From positions 484,694-522,255 of the forward strand of contig NW_004797526.1 in the NCBI RefSeq assembly GCF_000002075.1: 37,562 nucleotides of DNA, read 5' to 3'. The notes below the pieces were generated by a model. The model ran no database searches. It was not told where the DNA came from and saw only the letters and a list, made by a program, of their open reading frames with translations. Positions within the stretch are counted from its first letter, which is position 1. Every line of letters starts with the position of its first letter. Below, one piece after another: positions 10,391 to 21,918 of the stretch. Origin of the DNA: Aplysia californica (Eukaryota). The position numbers and the translations under genes were made by a program.

Positions 10391-13300
10391 GGTTGCAATC
10401 ACATTCTCAAAGGAGACCATAAGCCATGATTATCCTCTCATGCCTTTTGTCTCTGGGAGTGAAAAACAAGAACGGAGAGGTAAAGAAAGTTTTGGATGTT
10501 CATGTTTGTGTATAAAGAGAAATTATTTACAATCTAATGTAGACAGGGTGGATGGAGTGGTAGAAACTGGTTTCTCAGAGAAAGAAAAAATCCACAGTGA
10601 ACCATATCACAAGTTCCCAAACTCTGTAAGTCACTATGAGTTTACAATTCCTTCCACAAGCTCTAGCGGTGCAAGTTCTACAAACAGCGAGTTTGTCAAA
10701 TTGTGAATAGGAGATGGATGTCGTGACATCAGAGTTTAACTCTTTAAACCCCATCGGACGCTGGGAGCATCCGGCGGTAATAACCCCGTTCCCCATCGGT
10801 GGCTTGGAGCGTCTGGTACTAGTGACAACTGTTTCGCTTCATTTAGTACTACTTTTTTCTACTTTTTTCGGAACTATTCCCGATCCAAGTTTTTTAGTTA
10901 TGACTAAACCTTTATTACCGCCATTTAGAAGTTGAAGTCAAGCTTTTGGGGTTATAATGAGACACAGTGCACTAGGTTTAGGTGACAGTAGAAAAAACTC
11001 CGGGAAAAGGTGGAAAAAACTCAGGGTTTCAGAGAGTAAAATTCCACGTAAATCAACTTAAATTGCGAAAATGCGTAAGGACTGACTGCCTTTACAGACA
11101 TAACTTAGAATTTGCGACCTAATAGTATCCTATGCAGGTCCAATGCAGGCAAATTGATACTTTTCTTTCTTTCCTATTTTTTTTTCTTTGATGTGGACAA
11201 ATGATATGATAGACGGATCAATGCACAAACTGTAGGTGTTTAAGTACGGTACTAACTGGACAGCATCGTGATCAGGTACATCAAATATGACAGCGATGAG
11301 CATTCAATCTCCATTTGCATTTGCAAAATATGAATGTAATGACTTTAAAAAACATTTTGAAACACGTACGGATTGGATCTTGCATGACAAAGTGTTCAAT
11401 CAAAAGCAACTACTCACAGTAACAATGGTGCAAATTAATCAGTTTTCAGGTTAGCTTCAATAGACTTTAAGTTTGGAATGTTAATTTCACCTTGGCATTA
11501 AAGAAAAATATGACATCATTATGGGTACATTTATCTGAAGACAGAGTCAAAGAATGAGAGAAGGTACATAAACAAACTGTTACTGTCTTTAAAAAGAACA
11601 CATATTTATACTCAGAATTATTTTGAGTTTTAAAAAGACAGGTACCTTGAACACAGTGATATGTGAGACAAATATGAGTGAGGTCAGGGTGCTTACCAAG
11701 TGTGATAGATGCTGCACAACACCCTTTGTGTAAGTTTCATTTTTCTTTCACTGATTCAAATGATATTCTGAAAGTGAAATGTCGACGAACTTCCCCCCAA
11801 CATATACAGACTTATGAAGATATATAGCATGTAAACCCTTACAAAAAAACAAATGGTTAAATTTTGACTCCACAACAAAAATGGAAATCCCAGCAATTAT
11901 TTTCTAATTGAACATAAAATATAAGAATGAAACTGAAGTATAATTATCTAGAAATATATGTATTCATAAAAAGTAAGGTGTAAACGATACCCCTTCTCAA
12001 CTTTTAAAATGCATGTACAATAAAGCATAGGCCAGATCAAAGTTGGAGAGTAGCCACAAGAACAGAGAAAAGAAAAAAAAGAAGGGCAACAATAAGTCTT
12101 TCAAAAATGAACAAATTCCCATAAGAAAATATGAACTTCCATTGCTTTTCTACCAAAGGGAGAAAAAAACATGCATCAAGTCTTGTACAACGAACATATG
12201 TTTTTGAATATTGCAAAAATTCAAAATAGCTATCCCCTTTATATACGAGGAAACCCTGTTCAGTGTCTGTGATTTCAGTAGAGATGAACACAGTTCAGTA
12301 AAACATAGCACAATCCAGAAGTTCGGCGTTAGTTGCGAGAACACTGTGCAAATTTCCAACACAAGCTACCATTAATACATGGAAACCTTCCTTTTCATCT
12401 GAAACTCTTTTAATTTCTTGACAGACTAAACCTAATTTCCAAATGATTGAAACTTCCAGATTCACTGGAGTCAACAACCCTGTACTAGACCCCTTCTGGT
12501 TCATGAAGGTTTTAAAAAAGTTGGACAAAGTATAAGTTCAACACTTTGGTTGTTTTAAGACCAGAATGAGCTTGACCAACCACAAATGAATATGTTGCTA
12601 AAGTGGGCCAGAAGCACAATTCCTTGGTCGAGTCTTGACGCAAAATGTAAACATGATATAGAAAAATCATATTTTCTTTCGAAACACTAGGGTGGGCACA
12701 CTTAAAAGTCTTCACCGATTTTCCCTTCTTTTCAATTATCACTCCATTTTTCCCATACATACTCTCCTCCCACCCACCCTCCCTCTCTCTCCCACCCAAC
12801 ACAAAATGTGCACACCATATATACAAATGCCCCATTTTTTTTCATTTCTGTAAGTTTTGATATCTTTGTTCTAATGATCCAAGTAATGTCTCTCTGCTTT
12901 TCAAATGAGCTGTCAGTTCAGCCCTCCACTGCAAGCACTGTGCTACCAGGGAGAGTACAAAATGTTCCATGGGGGATGGGAGTAAGTAGGTACCAGAAAC
13001 TAAATTTTCAAAGCAGCTGTATGCCAAATCTATCTATTCCATATGAAAGGGCTTATATCTCCTGAGAATTTCGATACCTTTCTATAACCTCTAAGCCAAT
13101 TTTTAAGAAAATAGTAGCAGTTTTAAATATGATCAAATTTGCTAAAGTCGTTAACTGGCTGCAACCCCATGTTTAACAGATAATAAAAGAGTACCAAGTG
13201 AACCAATCATCTCCACATTAACAGAGTAAAATCACTATAACATAGACATGGAGCCTAATTTTTTCCAAGACTGTGGCATCATTACAAATCAATATTCGTT

Positions 13301-15695
13301 ATTTCGACAAAAACACCGAGCATTGAGCCGGCCGACGCCGCACTAGCCCCCTCGATGAGCGAATCGGCTCTATACTGCAGTGTACCAAGTGCTCCCCGCG
13401 TGGGGGGTAACATGCTTTCCGAGTTTCGCGGAAGGATTGATGCAAAATAATTCCAAGCCGCTTACTTTATTCTGATAGAAAATGAACTGATATTTCTATT
13501 GGTACCTTTTTTGAGCCGGTATTTTACATATTTCGTGTAAAAAATGATATTTGAAAACTTTGTCGCGATTTTTAAAGGCTTTCTATTTAAACATCAAAGC
13601 TCAACAGTTCTCTGTCAATGAAAAGACGGTATTTAATCATCAATCCTTCTGTGAAGCATTTGAATGCACGTGGGTCAATTTTTTAACCAGCTGATAACGC
13701 ATTCCGACCACGAGGGGCTTCGCTTTCCACAGCGATTCTCCAGCTCCTAATAATTGGACATATAAACAACTTACACCATTGTAACAAGGAAAAGCTGAAC
13801 TTTTACAAGGTGTACAGTATTTGGTGTGTTATAGCGAAAGAGCAAAGAAACAGCAATCTGAATTACCCCGATTTCACCGAAACCACTCGCTCTGTAGGCC
13901 AAAGTGCCCACGAGGCTGTGTTTACGCTACCTTGAGTAAGCACAGCTCTCTGGACCATTAATAGAAGCACAGGTAATCACAGTTCCCATCTCTTCGATAA
14001 AAATAAAAGCCTAACACTGAAAAAGATACAAACGCTATGCCGTACAATGCCCTGAAAAGGCTACACATTTAAAGTCATTGCATACCATGTATCTTTACAA
14101 CTTATACTGCCATGTCAGTATCTGAGTGTATGTGCATAACTGCTCACTGCTCAAACCTTTTTTTCTAACTTTATTTGTCTTCGTACAAGAAGAGGCAAGC
14201 ATAATCTAATATCAATTTCTTGAAACCACTTCTGTTGGTTTTGCTTTTTACATTGGTTTTTTGTTGTTCCGAGAAATATTCTTTCAAACAAAACAGCTGA
14301 AGGCATACCCACAGTTTGAAAATCCGAGTAAGGAAGACGGACGATGTGAAATGATAATATGGTGTTTGAAAAGCTATCAAACATTTTAAAAATCAGACCT
14401 TGCTTTAAAACCATATCCACCTAGCCAGAACTTATACTCGAGTCCGTACATATGAAAATTGGGTTTACTACAGAACAATTCCTTCCAAGGAGCTTCCAAA
14501 AGTCATTCTCTCGCAAGGACATAGACCTCTAACTGAAACATAGGGTTCCCAAGTGACATTGTATTTGGCAAGCCTTAAAGCATTTTTGAGCATTTAATAA
14601 ATAACAAATTTACATCAATGAGACCCAAAGCAAGGTGCTTACAGGACAGGTAAAAATTAAATGCATTTAGATACAAATCTACTAATTTTAAAGTGTTTCA
14701 TCCCAAAATCAAGGTAAAAACTTATTTCATATATATCTTTTTTAACACAAAAAAGAAGACTACAGAAAGTAAAGGTTACAGAGAATTCATACTAAAGAAA
14801 AAAACAAGTCAACATTTGCGACCACCTAAAGTCTGAAAGAGGGAGAACAAAATCACATAATCAGGCCCTTCAATCCTTGTCCTCCACTCATTATCCACAA
14901 CAAATTCATATCACATTAAATGCATTTGAGCACAAAAGACCATGAACTAATAAAAAAACTGGAGCTGTGTCCATTTTGTACCTCAGTGTAATCAACGTCA
15001 ATCCCTGACAGGAAACCAAGATACTTTGCATTAGAACTCTCAACCATAGCTGTGTGTTAGGCTGTCGGACGATCTACATATGATAAAACCATATTATTGT
15101 ACGTCAAGGGAGTTACGTGAGAGCTGATGATATATTTGTAAGAGACAACCTCCAACTTGGTTAACAAAATGACGCAGCAACATTCAAAATCAGAAACAAA
15201 GTTTAGAAAATGCATATATGCTTACAGTTTCTTCCAAACATTTGGTGCACATCAATATATAATGGTTCACAAAGCACACAATGTTAACAATCTGACACAT
15301 TTTAAGTGTAGGATGAGTTACGATTTATCATACCTGCGTGCATATACAATATACATTGTGTAAAAAAGTTCTCTGTGTCTGGTTTTCATCCACAAGTTAG
15401 CCCCCAAAATGTGACTGCTATGAAGAAACGTTTTCACTGAGGGACAACTACCAACAAATGAATTGACTTTCCTTCTGTGATCCTAGCTTCCATGGAATTC
15501 ATTTTAAAAGTATAAAAAAGAACAAAATGGGGGTCATCACTTCTATTCATTGACAGGAAAGGCTGTGGTCTGTGTCAAATATCACAAACAGACGTCATAA
15601 AATCGCTTTTTTACTTTTTTTCCAAGGCAAGCAACAGAAGTAGAAAAGACTTGAAAACAGGAGCAGCCCCATACGTTCACTGGTGACCCTGTGGC

Positions 15696-16090
15696 TCAAC
15701 TTGCATCCTCCTGCGCCGGCAGAGACACAATCACCTGAACAACATGATTCTTAGGAATTTTAGCATCCTCAATGCGAAGTTTGTCATTGAGCAAGCGGCC
15801 TGCGTAGAACCACCGCTGTCTCTGAGGCTCAACGCCCACCTGCATCTCGGCAATGCGTTTCTTCAGTTTTAGCACAGAGTCTGTGGAGGAGACTTGCAGT
15901 TTGATATCGTGGCTAAGATTTGACAGACGAAAACGAATGGGCTGCTCCACCCCGGGCGACAGGTTGGTGTCTGTGTCTGGGGCAGTGTCACTTTCACTCG
16001 CTTCTTCGATGAGGTTCACAGGCGCACTCAGAACATACTCAGGCAACTTGTATCTGTTACCCAGCTCATCATAGCAATCTAACAGGGTAC
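15696..16090 (-). CDS. UBTD2: UBTD1/2-family coding exon 3 (end of the UBD plus the C-terminal ubiquitin-like domain, stop TGA)
   Basis: GTLLDCYDELGNRYKLPEYVLSAPVNL...QRWFYAGRLLNDKLRIEDAKIPKNHVVQVIVS. Acceptor tttttttcattcttcag|. Exons sum to 79+237+395 = 711 nt, i.e. 236 aa plus stop. Confidence 0.97.
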
Positions 16091-16174
16091 CTGAAGAATG
16101 AAAAAAAAAATGGAAGATATTTCTGTATTCTCTCAAGACAGGTAAAACCATCCAGCATGACCAGATTTTTTTTT

Positions 16175-16295
16175 AAAGAGTTTTACAGCACTTGCAATAC
16201 AGTAAAGTCATCAAAAAAGAAGGATGAGAGATAAAGACGACAGATGTTTAATAGGAAAGAAGGAGCAAATCACACCAGAGCACCCTCCAACCACC
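16175..16295 (-). repeat. Interspersed retroposon 3'-tail repeat, copy 1 (UBTD intron 2)
   Basis: aaaagaagga...taggaaagaaggagcaaa.cac..cagagcaccc is shared with 16490-16720 and 30955-31130. Confidence 0.75.
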
Positions 16296-16489
16296 CACAG
16301 ACCAGATTTTGAAGATGCAAGTCACTCAATGCCTTCAATTAAAACAAAACACACACTGATCCCTACTAGATCTAACACCTAACTTTAAAACGGGACACTC
16401 TCAGCTCTAAATGATGGTTTTAAAAAGCATTTAAAAGAGACTTTAAGCTTTAAAACACAAATGACAGCATTGCAAAAACTTTTGTTTTA

Positions 16490-16720
16490 CTTTTAGTAAG
16501 CATTTTTCAGCACTTACAACACAGTTAGGTCATTTAAGTGCCAAAGAATAGAGGTGTTACAAGAGAATAACAAAGCAACGCAATTAAGTGATACGAATGC
16601 TGAAGATTAGAAGTGCTGTAAGAGAGTAATAAACACAAAAAAGAAGGAGAGATAAGGATGATACATGTTCAATAGGAAAGAAGGAGCAAACCACATCGGA
16701 GCACCCGCTTACCATCCACC
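16490..16720 (-). repeat. Interspersed retroposon 3'-tail repeat, copy 2 (with an internal duplication)
   Basis: ttttagtaag...gcactt.caacaca..tagg....taagtgcc.aaga.tagaggtgttacaagag matches 30960-31040. Confidence 0.78.
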
Positions 16721-17471
16721 AAGTACTCTACTGAAGTGAATAGTTACAGAAAAGCCAAGCACTATGCAACCACCCATTGCAGTATTATCTATAAAACTAA
16801 AACAAAAGGGGGAGGGGGAATTTGAGACTGTTCAACACTGCACTGTCACAGCTGTCTGTAAACATTTCCAGGGGCAGACGGAACAACTCTTTATATGTCG
16901 CATTTCATGACTATGACATCTACCTTCATGTTTTTATTGTTGATGTTTTATCAACATGATTCAGATAATTTTGGAGACAGGCTGCTTTGACCCTGCCTAT
17001 GATGGCCCATCCCGCCTGAGTGGGATACAACATCCCAGCAGATAGAGATACTCAATAAAGAACTTCCTCACCAGAGAATCCCAACTTCCATCTTCAAAAG
17101 CAAAGAAAATAACCTTTACACCACATGCCAGTACTATCAAACTGTCAAGCCTGGGGAGCATGAATTCATACCCCTAGACAACATGCTACACCCACATTGA
17201 GATGCAAAAACCTTTTACGGACTACATAATTTCTTTTTCCCTCTTTACATTAACTTATGTCCAGGAATCAAAGATACTATCGTTTGACAGTCACTAATCA
17301 TCTAAGCCTGAAATGTGTCTAATGAGCTTTATCTAACCGTAAGCTCAATAGAATCACTGGTCTCCTTAAATTTTGTACAGCATTTCAACAAAAATTTGTC
17401 TTATAAAACGAAGAATTTAATTTCACAACTGAACAAAATGCTGAAAAAACAGCAGCAGTTCTTCGCCTTAC

Positions 17472-17708
17472 CATGTGGTAGTGATATGCTTGCACCATCA
17501 ACAATAGCTTGAGCCATAGTGTGATCTCCAGTTTCCAATGCATAAGCTGCAGCTTTGAGAGCATCCCAGATTTCTTTTCTGCCATCAAAAGCAGGAGCTG
17601 TGTCCCAAAACTCATCACGTTTACTTTTCAACTGCCCTTCAGTCAAAGGGACATCGTTCTTCCATCTAGGTTTTTCTGCTTTCAAAGGCTGATTGCGTCC
17701 CACAGAAA
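17472..17708 (-). CDS. UBTD2: UBTD1/2-family coding exon 2 (DC-UbP/UBTD N-terminal ubiquitin-binding domain)
   Basis: [55 protein letters not shown]...ISLPHG is the hallmark UBTD sequence. Acceptor ttgcag|, donor G|gtaagg, phase 1/1. Confidence 0.97.
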
Positions 17709-18369
17709 CTGCAATAGGCAACAATGTGTACGTTTCAAAGGTTCATTCAATATGACACAAACAAAACAAAATCATGTCAAACAGCCGTAACTGGTCGTTT
17801 TTCAGTAGCAGATATAGGCCTACATCTCTGGTATCTCAGCTGAAAATGTTACACAAAATGATTGCAAAAGTAACATTCACATATATATGTACAGCAAAGA
17901 CTATATCTAAGCAGAAAGAGGGATAGTCTTCCATTACCTGCATGTTTTATTCACATTTGATGAATATGGGTCATAAGGTAACGGTTAGGGTGAGGGTAAG
18001 ATTCGGCTAGTGGGTAAAAATTTTACTTTCACTCCCGCACACAGATACACTGCTTTCGAAGGTCAAGTGGCTATATTTTTCGCTACAGATCACACATATT
18101 GTATAATAGTATAATTAATAGCCATTAAAACTGATGCAAATCAATTATTTCAAGAAATGTCAACACTTATTGCAAAACATCAAGGAGGAAAAACAAGGGG
18201 GCGGGGCATGCCCGCTGTTACCCCCAATTTTTTTCCCTCGGGGGCCCCTGAAACCCCCCCCCCCCCCCCCCCCCCCCCCCCAGGATTGGTCCAAAACATG
18301 GAAATTGCTAAACAATTTGACTTAGCATAAATATAATTCATTTTCATGCAGTGTGTCTTACACACGGAT

Positions 18370-19150
18370 AGCTTCTCCAGGCTTGACCACAGCTGAGATC
18401 CTTCCAGATACAACATGGAGATCAGAGCCAAAAAGACAAAGCATAAAACAGCATAAATAAAGCCAGTAAAGAAGAAAATCATAGTCTGTGGACAGGAACT
18501 CAAAACTTGTGAATCAGTTCAAGGACCTTGGAGCAATGCTCAATGAAATAAAGAAGGCTCAAAGGCCGAAGTCTGAGCAAGAGCAGCATAGACAGCAGCA
18601 GCACGGGTAATTTAACGGAAACCATTGTGGGGAGACAAATGAACTAAACTGAAGCTACTGCACGCATTAGTCCTGTCAATCTCTTAATAAAAATAATATG
18701 CATCACGCACTAACAGTAGAACTACAGAGAAAAATTCAAGCAGTGGAAATGGGATGTTCTTAGAAGGGTACACTCAACTGTCAACATCTCTCTCATTACA
18801 AAGAACACATGACATACATCACAAATGAAGCTGCGGCACAGAATCATCCCCAAGCACATGAACATATTTTGAAGAGCTGCTAACCACTCTCAAGAAAAGA
18901 AAACTTTGATGATAAGGTCAAGTGACAAGAGCCAGTGGCCTATTCGAAGACCATACCCCGAGGTACAGTTCAAGGTGGAAGAAAAGGCAGGCAAAAAATA
19001 AATGGATTGACAAGATTGCCGAGTGGAGAGAGAAGAGCTTTGCCCCGACTCTTCAAGCACTTGCCCATGACCGTCACAGGTGGAGACAGCTGATGCAGCG
19101 TTCAGCAATGTAGCTTCCCCCACGACTCCAGGAAAGGTTTTTAGAGAATC
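18370..19150 (+). mobile_element. Degenerate RTE-clade LINE 3' fragment in UBTD intron 1 (antisense to the gene)
   Basis: Frameshifted motifs YNMEI.AKKTK, NQFKDLGA, KLKLLHALVLSI, ELQRKIQAVEM, HITNE, ELLTTLKKRKL and KWIDKIAEW...LAHDRHRWRQL. Confidence 0.85.
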
Positions 19151-19410
19151 ATGATCGTAACATAGAGTAGTTGAAATAAAAACCATGAAACATATTTCAA
19201 ATTCTTATTATTTGTGATTCAATAGAGGCTTTTATTCCAGTAAAATGGGTAAAAATGAACAAGAAAACTGCTATACGTGCAACACCAAAACAGACTCACA
19301 GACAAAGAAAAGCAATTATTGAACTTTAACCAGGCCTAAATTGGTAAAAGGAAAAGTATAGACCAACTTTGTAGGTAAAAGCTTCTCTTGTGGACAAAAC
19401 CGGAACGAAA

Positions 19411-19652
19411 TGGCTATTCGGACTCGAGTCCGAACAGCCGCTGGAGGCTATTCGGACTCAAATTCCTGTGTGCGTGGGCAATCACCAGTTGTACCATAAG
19501 CGAGGTCTATACTCGAGTCCGAATAGTCTCCCGTTGCTACTCCCGTTGCTATGAAATTCGGACTTAGGCTATTACCAAATTACACTGTGTTCCACGACTA
19601 CAAAGGGATCAAAACATCAAATTCATAATCAGTCCTTACAAGACAGCCCCCC

Positions 19653-19684
<32 letters not shown>

Positions 19685-20846
19685 TTCTTTTCCTCTCTCT
19701 CTTTCTCTTACTTTTTCTCTCTTCATCTTACTTCCCCAGGCCCGCCCCACCATCACCGATTTTTAAAAATATTGTAGTCGAACCTGCCCTCACGGCCACC
19801 TCTATAAGACGGCCTCCTCTACAAACGGCCACTTTCCTTTTCCCCCCTTGCGTTTTTTTATATAATTTAACTGTGTAAAATGGGCACATGTCTAACACGG
19901 CCGCGGCCACCATTTTTTAGTACACAACCCCTATCACATCAAAAAATAACACCTGTCTTAGACGGCCACCTTAGTGACTCCGTTACGTTTTTTCATAAAT
20001 CGTGCATTGGCCCCAGGCGTTGTGGGCGAGCTGTCATAATCCCATCACCCGTCGTTGTTGTTAGGTACTCCCTCCAACCGATCATGTTGCGTAGGCCCCT
20101 CCCACTGTTGACCAATAGATAGGTAACAAATTTTCATCAGCTGGCAAGGTAAGCGTGTGAACCCTCACCCATAAGCCCCGCCCAGAACTCAACACAAATC
20201 GTTGTTAGTGAGATGAGCGGTCGATGTTTACCCAATCTGTAACAAAGTAACAATGGACGTCAACATGAACTTGTGTCAGAAGCGTCGCTCATTCTCCGAG
20301 TTGTGGCAACTCATGTGTTTGTTTTACCATAGCACTCAGTCTTCCTCGTTTAACACATTTCGTTTTATTGTCACCCTTGCGCAAAATCCGCCGCAAAAGA
20401 AAAAAAAAACACCAGGCGAAAACAACAACAACAACAATACTGCTACATTCGCTTGGGACCTCAGAAAGGAATGGTTTGTTTTCTTCATCTTGATCAGTCC
20501 TGCCTAAGACTGCCATCTGTCTTATACTGCCACTTTTCTCCTTGACAATGGGTGGCCGTCTTACACAGGTTCGACTGTAGATCTATATTCCCTCCCATAC
20601 CGTTGCCCATTGCCCGGCCCTACTATATATTATCCTTTGTGAAGAAAAGACCACAGTTCACACTGGGTCACCAAGGTCAGCGTCCATTTGTAGGGCAGAT
20701 CATAGAAACTGAGGAAGGCCAAGGTCGATTTGTCTGCTTCACATCCGGTACACCTAGTGATTGTGCACCACAGAATTCTATACTTAGTGTAGAATTTTGA
20801 GTGTACAATTCTGTGTAGTGCACGCGCATTGGAGTCCGAATAGCCA
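19411..20846. mobile_element. Putative TIR element bounded by tggctattcggactc / gagtccgaatagcca, hosting a nested MITE
   Basis: Perfect 15-bp inverted repeat at 19411-19425 and 20832-20846. The same motif is reiterated as palindromes at 19412-19530. Confidence 0.5.
19775..20577. mobile_element. Tigger/mariner-type MITE
   Basis: TIRs tagtcgaacctgccctcacggccacc / ggtggccgtcttacacaggttcgactg-TA, with repeated subterminal acggccac motifs. Confidence 0.82.
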
Positions 20847-20964
20847 CAGAAGGAAACCAGAGTGCATGCTTCATCACTACATAAAAAAATACAAAGCAAC
20901 AACTTATAGTTATGGGAAAAAATTGTTGGTCAGTCGGGAAGAGAACAAAAAAAACCCAAAAACT

Positions 20965-21058
20965 TCCAGGACCGGGATTCGTACCCACGCTCATAAAATG
21001 TATAATTATAATGGTTTCACTCCTAACGCAGACACGCTGTCCATTCAGCCATCAGCAC
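20965..21058 (-). other. tRNA-like Pol III promoter module (A box and B box), probably a SINE head or tRNA pseudogene
   Basis: Minus strand TGGCTGAATGG (A box, 21051-21041) and GGTACGAATCC (B box with one mismatch, 20985-20975). No convincing acceptor stem. Confidence 0.5.
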
Positions 21059-21219
21059 TTCCAATAACAAAGCAGATCTAGATTTGCCATATTAACACAC
21101 AGCGTTTTATTTAGCACTCGCGCTAATCGAAAAGCGGCGTTTTATTTAGCGCTGGCCCTAATCGCAATGCGACGTGACAAATCAAGGCACTTCCTTTGTT
21201 TTCAGATAGAAACATTTGA

Positions 21220-21457
21220 TTAAACGTAGAAAGACGCAAACTATTTTTAGGTACGTCGCCCATCTTGTTTGACGTCACACCAGGATACCCCTCCGATCAC
21301 GTGATTAAGTATTTTCGTACACTTCCATCTTTGGTGCCATGCGGTTGGCTATACTTAGTGACTTAGATGTAGTCACGTGATCAGAGGGGAATCCTGGTCT
21401 GACGGCAAACAAGATGGGTGCCGTGCCTAAAAATAGTTTGCGTCTTTCTACGTTTAA
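21220..21457. mobile_element. Palindromic (hairpin) MITE flanked by TTAA in UBTD intron 1
   Basis: About 90-bp inverted arms: ttaaacgtagaaagacgcaaactatttttagg...gatcacgtga / tcacgtgatc...cctaaaaatagtttgcgtctttctacgtttaa. Confidence 0.85.
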
Positions 21458-21627
21458 TCGCATGTGATAGAAAGAACAATCTTTCAGACAACAGAAGTTG
21501 TTAATCTAAACGAAGGGTAGAAAATTGACAAGAAAAGGATAGGACGGCTAATTTCCATGGCTCGCAGCATGAGAATATGTCAATATCAACTTCAACCACA
21601 CATTACCAACGATGTAAACAAACAAAC

Positions 21628-21706
21628 CGTGTTGAAGCCATCCTGCGTCAAGATCAGAGGATTCTCCAGTCCCAGAGTCTCTTTGGGACCCAATACATCC
21701 ACCCAT
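21628..21706 (-). CDS. UBTD2: Ubiquitin domain-containing protein (UBTD1/UBTD2 family), coding exon 1
   Basis: Manual translation gives MGGCIGSQRDSGTGESSDLDAGWLQH, whose start resembles the UBTD2 N-terminus MGGCVG. It ends in a phase-1 donor (G|GTTTGT) that joins exon 2 in frame (G+TT = Val). Too short to appear in the ORF track. The symbol indicates family; it is probably co-orthologous to UBTD1 and UBTD2. Confidence 0.85.
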
Positions 21707-21910
21707 CTTGAAGACAAAACACCTAAGAAACTGTAGAAAGTGGGGTTATACTCCTTCTGATTCATAAATCATGGTATTTGACCTTTCACCAAACTACACA
21801 GGAGAGACTTTCTGGTCCTATACTTTGATACACTCAAAACTGACAGTGCCAGGGACTGCAGTGTTCTCTCTGCTATAAACAGCTTTGTTCTTGTTCCTGT
21901 TTGTTGACTG

Positions 21911-21918
21911 TGACGTCA
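21911..21918. promoter_or_regulatory. Full palindromic CRE/ATF site TGACGTCA in the presumptive UBTD promoter
   Basis: Exact motif about 205 bp upstream of the UBTD ATG. A CRE-like tgacgtaa also occurs at about 22120. Function is unproven. Confidence 0.4.

Noticed and set aside
10096-10706. ORFs containing X runs
   Set aside because: Artefacts of translating through the N gap.
15853-17790. ORFs 15853..16074, 17385..17618 and 17509..17790
   Set aside because: Antisense or alternative-frame shadows of UBTD exons.
17975-18012. Telomere-like ggttagggtgagggtaag
   Set aside because: Only one exact TTAGGG. Such degenerate motifs are common inside invertebrate repeats, so this is not an interstitial telomere.
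18134-18503. Poly-Pro / poly-Gly ORFs (also at about 1275-1300 and 8150-8172)
   Set aside because: Produced by C/G homopolymer runs within repeats.
20965-21058. Functional tRNA gene
   Set aside because: The B box is mutated and no acceptor or anticodon stems could be folded; kept only as a tRNA-like module.
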